From positions 1,056,001 through 1,120,000 of the forward strand of contig OZ245056.1 of NCBI GenBank assembly GCA_965224705.1: a stretch of 64,000 bases of DNA, given 5' to 3'. Each line of letters starts with the position of its first letter. The stretch's first letter is position 1. The translations under genes were made by a program, and so were the position numbers. The notes beneath the pieces are model-generated. The model saw only the letters and a list, made by a program, of their open reading frames with translations. It searched no databases and was not told the origin of the DNA. This DNA comes from Spirochaetaceae bacterium (GTDB lineage Bacteria > Spirochaetota > Spirochaetia > DSM-2461). Shown here piece by piece: positions 29,885 through 39,087 of the stretch.

Positions 29885-30110
29885 TTAACCCCTTGCTCTG
29901 TCCAAAGGGCTGATAATTTGCCTGACCCCTGTTCTGGATATAGCGAAGATCCACACCCTCTTCAAGAAGATGAGTGGCAAAGGCGCGGCGCAGGGAATGA
30001 ATGGAGACATCCTTTGTTATTTTACATTTTTTGCAGGTATTGTCAAACACCGCCTGGGCAGAGTGGACAGAAAGGTGGGAGTTCGGTGTACGGCCTGGAA
30101 TCGGTCTATG
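29885..30110 (-). pseudogene. Mini-intI copy 2 (further deleted)
   Basis: PGRTPNSHLSVHSAQAVFD...[22 protein letters not shown]; extra deletions relative to copy 1, one at GATT microhomology. Confidence 0.85.
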
Positions 30111-30160
30111 CATCAAGGAGATCTCTAACCCACTCTGCGCCCTTAACCCAAGTTCAACAA

Positions 30161-30400
30161 ACTACATGCGTTCCAACCGGATTCAGCTTCTCATCAACAC
30201 GCCCAGCGACCGGTTCAGCCGAATTGGAGACGAGGATATGAGAACAGAAGCCGTATCGCTGAAGATTCCCTACACAACCACAACCAGTGCTGCCGCCGCG
30301 GCTGTCCATGGCATCCGTTATCTCCGGACCGGTAAGGTTAAAATCAATCCCCTGCCAGTCAGGCAATGATAGGTTCTTGATTTATTCAGAGTGGAAGACT
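30161..30400 (+). repeat. Third copy (inverted) of the carB 3' end
   Basis: Reverse complement of 11104-11343 and 19109-19348. Confidence 0.95.
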
Positions 30401-30632
30401 TTCATGACTGGTTGATTCATTTTCCTAACTGAAAGGGTAGCGTCTTTCAGCTTTGATTTCCACCCATAGATTGTGGCCGCAGAAACCCCGAATTCCTCTG
30501 AGAGATCAGCGGCCTTCCGTTTCTCCGGGCCGATCATCTTTTGCAAGATAGTATTCCTGAATTGAACACTGTAGCGTTGCATGTTGTCACCTCCTACGTT
30601 GACTTAACTTGTGTGACAACTACTTTGGCACA
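30401..30632 (-). mobile_element. IS3-family left-end/orfA fragment
   Basis: Same terminus as 25951 and same truncation point as 18888-19108. Confidence 0.8.
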
Positions 30633-30685
30633 GCGCGATTTGGCGAAGCCCAAGCCGAAGGCGCAGCACATAGTTGTTGTTATAT
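30633..30685 (-). other. attC left half, cut by IS3
   Basis: CATATAAC overlaps the gene stop and complements the cassette start GTTATATG at 32467. Confidence 0.75.
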
Positions 30686-30969
30686 GCCGTTTTTTTTGAA
30701 TTTATGATAAGAAAATATATTTAGTGTTATTATCATAATAATTATAGATATGGACAAAGTAATTATTATTTCTTCAATAACCCAATTATCTTTTATACTA
30801 ATGAATTTTATAAATATAAATATAGTGTAGGTAACAATTTCAATAATACCAGCTATAATGAGAATAATTCTGTTTGTATTAACCTTTAAAAAAATCCTTG
30901 CAAGAAACATTATCAATACAAATGAAAATGAAAATATCACAGGAATAAATAGAATAAGATAAAAAAAAA

Positions 30970-32274
30970 GGATCTTCCGGGTATCATGTGGAACAAGGCA
31001 TCAAATCCAGTCCTCCCAAATGGAAGAGAATGGCAGTTTTGAACCGCTCTTTATTGCGATATCCACAAGCTATTTTTTTGATTCTCTGAATACGCGCATT
31101 TTTGGCTTCCACCATGCTGTTATTCGCTTTTAAACGAATCGCATTAAGAATACCCCACAAATTCTTCTTAATAGTTTTATAAACCGCAATGATGGGCTTC
31201 AGTCTGGAATGGCTCATCCAATACAGCAGTTTTTTCCATTGTTTTTCAGCAACTCCCATATATGTATAATCCCAGAGAAGTGAAGCGGCTTCTTTAATTC
31301 GCCAGGCTCTTGCCGTCTTAAGATTCATCTTTGTCAGTGCCATAAAATCTTTCCGCCGGGAGCTTCTATTGTCGGTTTTTGAAGAACTTCTCAGCCATTG
31401 ATGTTTTGAGCGAATCAGTGTGCGGATGCCTTCATTCATTAATTGCCTATTCTCCTGTAATCGTACCCTGTCAAGGGCTTTGCCCAGATGCATTGAGACA
31501 TGAAACCTGTCGAAAGCGATTATTTCGGCTCCATTGGCGAAGTGCTTTTTCACCGCACTGATGAAAGGCTCCCACATATCCATGGAAATACTTCTTACGG
31601 TTTCTAGATCAAATATTTCTTGTTCAATAAACCACTTATTCAATGTTGATGCCTTTCTGTCATCAAGAATATCCATAACACAGTCCTTCTCTTTGTCCAG
31701 AAGGACCGTGACATATTCATGCCGTTTTTGAAACGAAGTCTCATCAATTCCCATGTCTCTCACATTGACTTTTTTTCGTCTTGCAAGCCCTCTTTTCACG
31801 GCTCTGCATTGTATGCCGTCCACCTCGTCCCAGCTCAATTCAAAACGTCTGGCTACTTTGGAAATCGATGCCTCCTCCAGCCACTCTATAATCCGGGACT
31901 CAAATTTTGCCGTGAATCGAGACCTGTCCTCAGCCCATGGAACTTTCACTTGTTTGATGCCATGTTCCGTACATTCCACTCCTGGGACTTTTGCCTCAAT
32001 CAAGGTATGGTACTCACATGAATCCAGATGTCTCCAGCGACGAATTCGAAAATCATAGCGTTTCGCTTTGATCCCGCAAACCGGACATTGAAGACCCTCT
32101 TTGCTGTTGATGCCGACTTCGACGATTACTTCTTCTGTTTCGTCTTTGCGCGTGATTGTCAGTACTTTCCAGGGGCCGTCTATCTTCAATAAATATTTGT
32201 AAAAATCTTCTACTGTTTCTTCCATGGTGACAGCTTTATACTTTTATGGATTCCACACAACAGTCTGAAGAGCC
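30970..32274 (-). mobile_element. ISL3-family insertion sequence
   Basis: Ends GGCTCTTC/GGATCTTC; 8-bp poly-A target duplication. Confidence 0.92.
30984..32225 (-). CDS. ISL3 transposase
   Basis: CPVCG zinc finger, GIDETS, SMDMW, DRFH, EAKNARIQ..K..ACGYRN. Confidence 0.95.
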   Translation of the reverse strand: MEETVEDFYKYLLKIDGPWKVLTITRKDETEEVIVEVGINSKEGLQCPVCGIKAKRYDFRIRRWRHLDSCEYHTLIEAKVPGVECTEHGIKQVKVPWAEDRSRFTAKFESRIIEWLEEASISKVARRFELSWDEVDGIQCRAVKRGLARRKKVNVRDMGIDETSFQKRHEYVTVLLDKEKDCVMDILDDRKASTLNKWFIEQEIFDLETVRSISMDMWEPFISAVKKHFANGAEIIAFDRFHVSMHLGKALDRVRLQENRQLMNEGIRTLIRSKHQWLRSSSKTDNRSSRRKDFMALTKMNLKTARAWRIKEAASLLWDYTYMGVAEKQWKKLLYWMSHSRLKPIIAVYKTIKKNLWGILNAIRLKANNSMVEAKNARIQRIKKIACGYRNKERFKTAILFHLGGLDLMPCST

Positions 32275-32460
32275 AAAAAAAATAGAGAAACCAACACCTT
32301 CAGGCGTTTCACTGAGTCCTGTCACAAAAGGATATATTGTAATTATTCCTTCCAAGAAAATATAGAATAATAACACTGTTGTTGCGATAGCCGAAATCGT
32401 TGAGATTACTATTGATAGTACTATTTTTCTATTCATATTATTCTATTCAAAAAAAATGTC

Positions 32461-32496
32461 ATATAACAAATCTTATCTCCACGAATTGCATACACT
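32461..32496 (-). other. attI-like site 3 (crossover at 32467)
   Basis: GTGTATGCAATTCGTGGAGATAAGATTTGTT, then cassette sequence. Confidence 0.7.
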
Positions 32497-32750
32497 TATC
32501 CCCCGCCCTGCCCAAAGGACTGCTGGTATGTTCCAGAAGTTCATGGATATAGTGAAGATCAACACTCTCTTCAGGAAGATGAGTGGCAAAGGCGTGCCGC
32601 AGGGAATGGATGGAGACATCCTTATATTATCTTACATCTTTCGTAGGCTTTGTCAAACACTGCCTGGACAGAGCGGACAGAAAGGTGGGAGTCCGGTGTA
32701 CGGCCTGGAGTCAGCCAAAATTTCCTCCTGCTGTCCCATATTCTCCCGGA
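32497..32750 (-). pseudogene. Mini-intI copy 3 (degenerate)
   Basis: Homologous to 11513-11823, including the same WL.PG deletion junction; 5' side fused to the lipid kinase remnant. Confidence 0.8.
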
Positions 32751-33500
32751 GGAACGATGCCGCTTAACGAGAGTGGAACTATTCCGATCTCGGCTTTTTT
32801 GCCTAGCGTAATCGGTTCACCATCAATGTGCCCGATTAACTTACTCTCGCTTTCAACAACGATGCTTTTTGCTTTTGTCATCACATCATAACGCCGCTGA
32901 TCTACACTTCGGTCGAGAATGTTGATTAACAGTGAAAAAACATCGTAAAGAGGAAACTCTTTAATGATGCAGACATCAATTAATCCATCATCGATTTCTG
33001 CCTTTGGCGCAATATGTATGCTATTACCCCATTGCGAAGAATTGGCCAGCGTTATCATAAATGCCGACAACTCGTATGCTTTGCCATCAATCGAAATGCG
33101 GTAAACAGAAAATGTGTATTTCGCATATTCCTTGCTTATCAGTTTAACATATCCCGCCGGGCCACGGTTTTTGAGCTTTGCAAGCAATGACTGATATGCC
33201 CGTCAAAACCAATACCTGCCACATTCAACGACACCTGCCCATTAACCCGAAGCGTATCAATAACTTTCATCTCCATGTGGTTAATAACCTGCAGGGCGCG
33301 ATTGGACCTAAGCGAAATACCTGGATACCTTGCCAGACCGTTGCCGGAACCTGTTGGAACAATTGTCAATGCTGTCGTGGTATTGACCAGCGACGAACCC
33401 ACTTCGTTGACAGTTCCATCCCCCCCAACGGCAGCCGCCACATCGAATTTACCCACGGCCTCCCTGGCCAATTCACGTGCATGGCCGGGAAAGTTTATTG
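32751..33500 (-). pseudogene. YegS/BmrU-family lipid (diacylglycerol) kinase, 5'-truncated and frameshifted
   Basis: VGGDGTVNEV, PTGSGNGLAR, AGIGFD, DDGLIDV and HIDGE motifs across two frames (shift near 33185). Confidence 0.85.
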
Positions 33501-33602
33501 ACAGATGGACTCAGGCAGGCAATGCGAAGTCGGCTTACACTGCGGTACTATTTATGTTATATGGAATTATTCTAAAAGTAATGCATTTATTGAATCTGCT
33601 AA

Positions 33603-35286
33603 CCCCTATTTCTCACCAAAATAAAACGGCATAAAAATCCTGGAGGATTTCTGTTCTCTCCGCTAATATATCAAACAAAAAGTTTTCAGTTGATTGATCC
33701 TTGTTATTTCCGTCCAATTTAAGTCGATTTCTTCTGATTTTTTTGCATTTTTTCAACCCTCGGTGCACAGCTTTCCCAGGGAATCCAGATGAGAACTATC
33801 AACTGTTTTTATTACCGCTCAGATGGCCCGGGATGTTCGTATCCAGATGTCCCACCAGGGAAAACTCTCAGGAAGACTGATCCAGACTCGGCGAACCGTA
33901 ATCTTTACAGCGGCCGAAACTTTAAGCATCCTTAATCGGATTGTAGAGGACATGCTTCGAGTTTCATCACCGCTGACCTGCAGAATTGTTCTTCGAAGAT
34001 GGACAAAGAAAATATAGGCGATTGTCGAGAAATACAATCGAAGCTGATTCGAACTCATCCACCAGGTGGAGGTGCGGTCGGCAAACAGATAAAGCTGCTG
34101 TTCTTTGATGCGATTCTCCATATCGCCGCGTGCACAGTAGACATCTTCATACAGCGATTGGGCATCCCCTTCTTCAGCAGAAATGTCCGTCACAATAAAG
34201 CGGGGATTTTTCTTGCCCGGCAGATGTTCCACCCTGGCAATGACATCCCGATTGCGACTCCAGCTGCTTTCGGTCTTCCAGGAAAAACGGGTAAAAACAC
34301 GTTCGGCTTCTTTGCTTTTACCGAAGAGCTTTTCAGCCTCAACCATCTGCGGATCAATCTTCTTCAGCAGCCGTGTATTTCCTGCCATACCGGTGATATA
34401 TCTGATTTTCAATATCTCACACTGCTTCAGGATACTCTCACGGCAGAAGCCCGAGTCTCCACGGAAAATGATACGGACATCAGGAAATCTGGCCCTGATC
34501 GCGCCAACCAGCTTGACCAGAATCTCTTCGGTACCCTCACAGGCATCCAGGCTGGACGGCCGCAGCCGGGCGATCAGGGGAAAATCATCACAGAACACAT
34601 AGAGCGGAAGGTAGCAGTAGTGATCGTAATATCCGTGAAAAAACCGCTGCTGCTGCTCGCCGTGGATGGGAATATCGGTGGCATCAAAATCCAGAATCAG
34701 GGTTTCCGGCGGCTCCTCGAAACTCTCAAGAAACAGTTGACAGAGAAGCTCTTCAATCCCCCTGGCATTCCAGGTGATTTTGCTGTACCGGTCCCTGGTT
34801 TTTTCATCCAGCTCATGGCCGAGTTCCAATCTGTTCAGGGTGCTTTTTCCGGCAACTGGCGTTTTATCATCCCGCCCGCATATATATTGAAGCAGCGGAT
34901 CATCGCGCAATCGTTCATGATCATTGAGATCTTCATAGCCCTGACAGATTCCGAAGATTCTCTGTTTCAGAAGAGTAGTCAGGCTATGTGTAATTTTTTC
35001 CTGATCTCTTTTATCGGCGAAAAAATCTGACAGCTTTTCAATAATTCTGTGCTTCTGCTCAACCTGCTGGAGGAGAAGAAATCCGGCATCGGAACTGTTG
35101 ACCTTGCCGTCATTCTTTACAATGATTTTGCGGGATTTTCCGATTTCCATCCCTTGCAATTCGAGCTGATGGGCTTTACACTCTGTATTAGCAAAGCGGG
35201 CTTCTTTTTGTTTGTTATTTTTTTTCATATAAATATTTTAGCATGGGAAGCCTGCTTTGTCTCAAGGTCTTGGTGAGAAATAGGGG
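33603..35286 (-). mobile_element. IS1380-family insertion sequence
   Basis: Perfect IR CCCCTATTTCTCACCAA; CTAA target duplication. Confidence 0.93.
33819..35228 (-). CDS. IS1380 transposase
   Basis: GYEDLNDH, LDFDATD, FFHGYYDHYCYLPL, RGDSGF, YCARGDMENRIKE. Confidence 0.95.
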   Translation of the reverse strand: MKKNNKQKEARFANTECKAHQLELQGMEIGKSRKIIVKNDGKVNSSDAGFLLLQQVEQKHRIIEKLSDFFADKRDQEKITHSLTTLLKQRIFGICQGYEDLNDHERLRDDPLLQYICGRDDKTPVAGKSTLNRLELGHELDEKTRDRYSKITWNARGIEELLCQLFLESFEEPPETLILDFDATDIPIHGEQQQRFFHGYYDHYCYLPLYVFCDDFPLIARLRPSSLDACEGTEEILVKLVGAIRARFPDVRIIFRGDSGFCRESILKQCEILKIRYITGMAGNTRLLKKIDPQMVEAEKLFGKSKEAERVFTRFSWKTESSWSRNRDVIARVEHLPGKKNPRFIVTDISAEEGDAQSLYEDVYCARGDMENRIKEQQLYLFADRTSTWWMSSNQLRLYFSTIAYIFFVHLRRTILQVSGDETRSMSSTIRLRMLKVSAAVKITVRRVWISLPESFPWWDIWIRTSRAI

Positions 35287-36245
35287 CTAATAGTTCCGCA
35301 CTATTTAGTTTTTTATCATATGTAGTACTTATATTTCTTGTTTTTTCATTTTCTACGTAGACAATCACAATACAGTTATCCAGGTTTATATTTGTAGAAT
35401 TATTCATTACATCAATAAAGGACAGTGATTTATAGGTTTTTCTAGGCTCTGTTATTTGCAAGTCAATAAAGTCATCATTATATTCAATATCAAAATTCAG
35501 GAATTTTGCGATGGCTATTGAAAGGTGGGGTAGAGCTTTATTGTCTTTCATTGGTAATAATGCGGGTATCCCCCTGAGTATATCTCTATTGAAATCAGTA
35601 TTAACATGCCCAACTCCCTGTAGGCTTTTACCTATTTCATTATTTGGAGATACTAATATTTGCTCTATGTCCTTTGTCTTGATATTTGAATCAACATAAA
35701 ATTGACTTAGATAATTTTTCGGTACTATGTTTATTGGTTTTAAATCAGTTGTAGCTTGACTGAAAACATTGTCAAATTCACTTATCTTTTCTGCAAGGAG
35801 TTCATCATTTTCTTTTTCTTCATCAAAAAAGAATTTCAGAATAATCGCTGCAGTATCAAACTCTTTCAATGAGTTCAGTAAGTGGATATAGTATTCTCGA
35901 TCAATTGGAAAATGACCAAGTTGCTTTTCAGTTTCTTCATCAACATATATCAGGATGATTTCATGATGATTGTTAATTCGATTTCCTACATAGTATTCTT
36001 GTTTGTCTGAACATGAACTGAGTATTATCGTAATTGTAATTAGTAAATTTATTTTGTATCTCATTTTTCCCTCAAAATGGGGTGAAGTACTCACCTCGAA
36101 CAAATTATCCACGCACTCCAGCTACAGTTCCACCACTTCTGTTATCTTTTTTTATTGAAAAGATTTTTACCTTTGTGTTTTCCATGCGATACATAATTCC
36201 CTGCTTAGAGACATTTAAGTCTTTTGGGAATAAAATCCTGGCTTT

Positions 36246-37511
36246 TTATTCGGAAAACCCTGAAATACTACCACCGATATCCCTGCGGAATACCTTGTTT
36301 GGAAAATGTATCTTTGCGACATCCCTGTAACATTTTTTTCGAGCATCCTGCAGAGTAGGGCCGCATGCCGTAACGTTTAGCACACGGCCTCCTGATGTAA
36401 GCAGTTCCGATCCATTCAATACGGCCCCTGCAATACATACATCACTTTCACATTCTGCGATATTCTCAATGGGCAAACCCTTTTCGTAGGCATCAGGATA
36501 AGCTCCCGATGCCATCACAACACAGCAGCTGCTTCCTTCTCTCCATCGAATTTCTGTTGACTCCAATTTTGCCGACAAGGTATTTTCTATGAGTTCCAGT
36601 AAATCGGAATCTAAAAGAGCCAATACGGCCTGTGTTTCAGGATCTCCCATCCTCAAATTGTACTCCAGAAGAAACACTCCCCGGCGATTTATCATCAGCC
36701 CAAAAAATATAACGCCGCAAAATTGAAGTCCTTCAGCTTCAAGCCCCTCCAATGTGGGAAGGAGAATATCCTTATGGAAATCTTTCATAACAGCGTCATC
36801 GACATGCGGATTAGGAACCACCGCTCCCATGCCGCCGGTATTAGGTCCCCTCTCCCCTTCTCCAATTTTTTTGTGATCTTTTGCGCTGAGAAGAGGAAGG
36901 ATGGTCTTGCCGTCATAAAAAGAAAGGATGGACGCCTCCACCCCTTCCAGAAACTCTTCAATGACGATGCTGTCGCCGGCCGATCCGAATCGCCGTTCTT
37001 TCATAATTTGATTTAGAGCTATCGTTGCCTCTGCTTTGTCCTGGCAGATAAGCACCCCCTTTCCCATGGCCAGGCCATCCGCCTTCAAAACAATTGGATA
37101 ATGACAGTGCTCCAGGTACTGTGCAGCTGCTTCAATGGAATGGAAATTTCTATATTCGGCTGACTTTATACCGTATTGACGCATAAAGTCCTTGGCCAGG
37201 CATTTACTGCCTTCCAAAAGAGCCGCTTTTCTATGTGGACCAAGGATGGGAATTTCATTTCTACGAAATTCATCGACAATGCCCGCAACAAGCATGTCCT
37301 CAGAACCAGGAACAACGAGGTCAACTTCATTTTTAAGGGCAAAGTCGACAAGCGCCTGGATAGCCAGAACAGGGATGTTTTCACACCTGTCTTCCAGAGC
37401 CGTACCACCGTTCCCGGGAGCGCAATAGATTCTATGCACTTTCTCATTCTGGAGAAGCTTCTTAATCAGGGCATGTTCCCGTCCGCCGCTACCTGTTATA
37501 AGTATTCTCAT
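36246..37511 (-). CDS. purD: Phosphoribosylamine-glycine ligase
   Basis: GSGGREHAL, KADGLAMGKGV, GPNTGGMG. Confidence 0.97.
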   Translation of the reverse strand: MRILITGSGGREHALIKKLLQNEKVHRIYCAPGNGGTALEDRCENIPVLAIQALVDFALKNEVDLVVPGSEDMLVAGIVDEFRRNEIPILGPHRKAALLEGSKCLAKDFMRQYGIKSAEYRNFHSIEAAAQYLEHCHYPIVLKADGLAMGKGVLICQDKAEATIALNQIMKERRFGSAGDSIVIEEFLEGVEASILSFYDGKTILPLLSAKDHKKIGEGERGPNTGGMGAVVPNPHVDDAVMKDFHKDILLPTLEGLEAEGLQFCGVIFFGLMINRRGVFLLEYNLRMGDPETQAVLALLDSDLLELIENTLSAKLESTEIRWREGSSCCVVMASGAYPDAYEKGLPIENIAECESDVCIAGAVLNGSELLTSGGRVLNVTACGPTLQDARKKCYRDVAKIHFPNKVFRRDIGGSISGFSE

Positions 37512-37516
37512 TTTGA

Positions 37517-38089
37517 TCACCTCCTATTGATAATCGCGGCAACAGCATCCACCAATAGACGATGCTCTTCTGCCAGAATTCTTTTCCCCAGTGTCTCCGG
37601 GCTGTCGTTATCAAGTACCGCAACTTTTCGCTGCATAATGATTTTTCCCGTATCCACACCCGCATCCACATAATGAACAGAACACCCGCTCATTGTCCGG
37701 CCTGATTTGATAACAGATTCATGAACTTTTTTCCCATACATTCCTTTTCCGCCAAAATCCGGAAGCAGGGATGGATGAATATTGATAATCTTTCCCAGCC
37801 ACCTTTTGACAAACACGGAATTGAGTATGGAAAGAAATCCGGCAAGAACAATCAGATCCGTGTCTTCGGGAATCTTTTCAAGAATTTTACCGGACAGCTT
37901 CTTCCCCCATATTTTCCTGTCAATGATTTGGGTTGCAATACCAGATGCGGCCGCCCGTTCCAATGCAGACACAGACCTGTCGGCAATAACTGTTGTGATG
38001 CAAGCGTTGAGTTTCCCAGTGCTCACAGCATTTATCAAAGCTTGAAGATTGGATCCCGTACCCGATACCAAAACAACTATCTTAAACAT
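37517..38089 (-). CDS. purN: Phosphoribosylglycinamide formyltransferase
   Basis: SGTGSNLQAL, NIHPSLLP, DAGVDTG. Confidence 0.97.
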   Translation of the reverse strand: MFKIVVLVSGTGSNLQALINAVSTGKLNACITTVIADRSVSALERAAASGIATQIIDRKIWGKKLSGKILEKIPEDTDLIVLAGFLSILNSVFVKRWLGKIINIHPSLLPDFGGKGMYGKKVHESVIKSGRTMSGCSVHYVDAGVDTGKIIMQRKVAVLDNDSPETLGKRILAEEHRLLVDAVAAIINRR

Positions 38090-39081
38090 ATTTTTTTACT
38101 ATTTCGGGTGATTTTTCCCAGCGGGCTTACGGTTTCACCAAGCGATTCAATCTGACTGATGATGGCATCCCTGTAATCAGGCCGAACAATCACAATGAAT
38201 CCAATTCCCATATTAAAGGTGTTCCACATTTCCTCTTCAGAAACACCTTTCGCCTGAAGCCATTTAAAAATGGGGAGTATCGAGATGGAATTTTTATGCA
38301 CTTCCCCGCAAAGACCATCGGGAATGGTTCGGAGAAGATTCTCCGGGAGTCCCCCGCCTGTAATATGGGCCAGACCGGTGATTAAGCCAGGAAACATATC
38401 GAGTGTTTTTAACACACTGTTCACATAGACCCGTGTTGGCTTCAGCAGCTCTTTGCAGACGGGAACACCCTGGAAATCTTCATCGAAATCCCTTAGCAGT
38501 GAACGAACAAGGCTAAAGCCATTGCTGTGAACACCGCTGGAAGAAAGTCCCAGAATAACATCTCCTTCACGGACATCGTTCCCGCTGACAAGTTTATCCC
38601 GTTCCACGACACCAACACAGAACCCGGCCATATCATAGTCGCCATCCTTGTAAAAACCAGGCATTTCGGCTGTTTCGCCGCCAACCAGGGCACAGTCGGC
38701 TTCCTTACAGGCTTCTACCATTCCGGAGATAATTTCACTGGAAACATCCGAATTCAGTTTCCCACAGGCAAGGTAGTCAAGAAAGAATAATGGCCTGGCA
38801 CCCTGGCATATAATGTCGTTTGCACACATCGCAAAGCAATCCTGTCCAATCGTATTGTAGGATTTTTTAGCAAGAGCAATGGACAGTTTTGTCCCGACAC
38901 CATCAGTTCCTGACACCAAAACAGGATCCCTATACTTCTTCAAAGCATAGAGAGAGGCAAAGCCGCCCAATCCGCTTAAAACTCTGTCATTATGCGTTTC
39001 TGCCGCTCTGGATTTAATTTTCTCAACGGTTTTGTACCCTTCCGCTTTGTCAACACCGGAATTTTTGTATGTGTGCATCAT
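38077..39081 (-). CDS. purM: AIR synthase
   Basis: GTDGVGTK, GGETAEMPG, HSNGFSLVR, HITGGG, TFNMGIG. Confidence 0.97.
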   Translation of the reverse strand: MMHTYKNSGVDKAEGYKTVEKIKSRAAETHNDRVLSGLGGFASLYALKKYRDPVLVSGTDGVGTKLSIALAKKSYNTIGQDCFAMCANDIICQGARPLFFLDYLACGKLNSDVSSEIISGMVEACKEADCALVGGETAEMPGFYKDGDYDMAGFCVGVVERDKLVSGNDVREGDVILGLSSSGVHSNGFSLVRSLLRDFDEDFQGVPVCKELLKPTRVYVNSVLKTLDMFPGLITGLAHITGGGLPENLLRTIPDGLCGEVHKNSISILPIFKWLQAKGVSEEEMWNTFNMGIGFIVIVRPDYRDAIISQIESLGETVSPLGKITRNSKKICLR

Positions 39082-39087
39082 TTCAAC

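Larger units (their letters stand above)
30680..32436 (-). pseudogene. Membrane-protein cassette gene (147 aa when restored) interrupted by ISL3
   Basis: Removing the IS and one A8 duplication restores ...GFSIFFYLILFIPVIFSFS... in frame. Confidence 0.8.
33567..36064 (-). pseudogene. CHASE2-like lipoprotein gene interrupted near its 3' end by IS1380
   Basis: Lipobox LSSC; IYVDEET..QLGHFPIDRE motif. Removing the IS restores ...NSAELLADSINALLLE*. Confidence 0.7.

Noticed and set aside
25951..30632. Composite transposon bounded by inverted IS3 left ends with a GCGC duplication
   Set aside because: The outer flanks (IS256 remnant and half attC) do not rejoin into one target; GCGC is palindromic and may only reflect site preference.
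33999..35030. 343-aa antisense ORF, and similarly 46883-47812
   Set aside because: Shadows of the IS1380 transposase and pxpA; no recognisable motifs.
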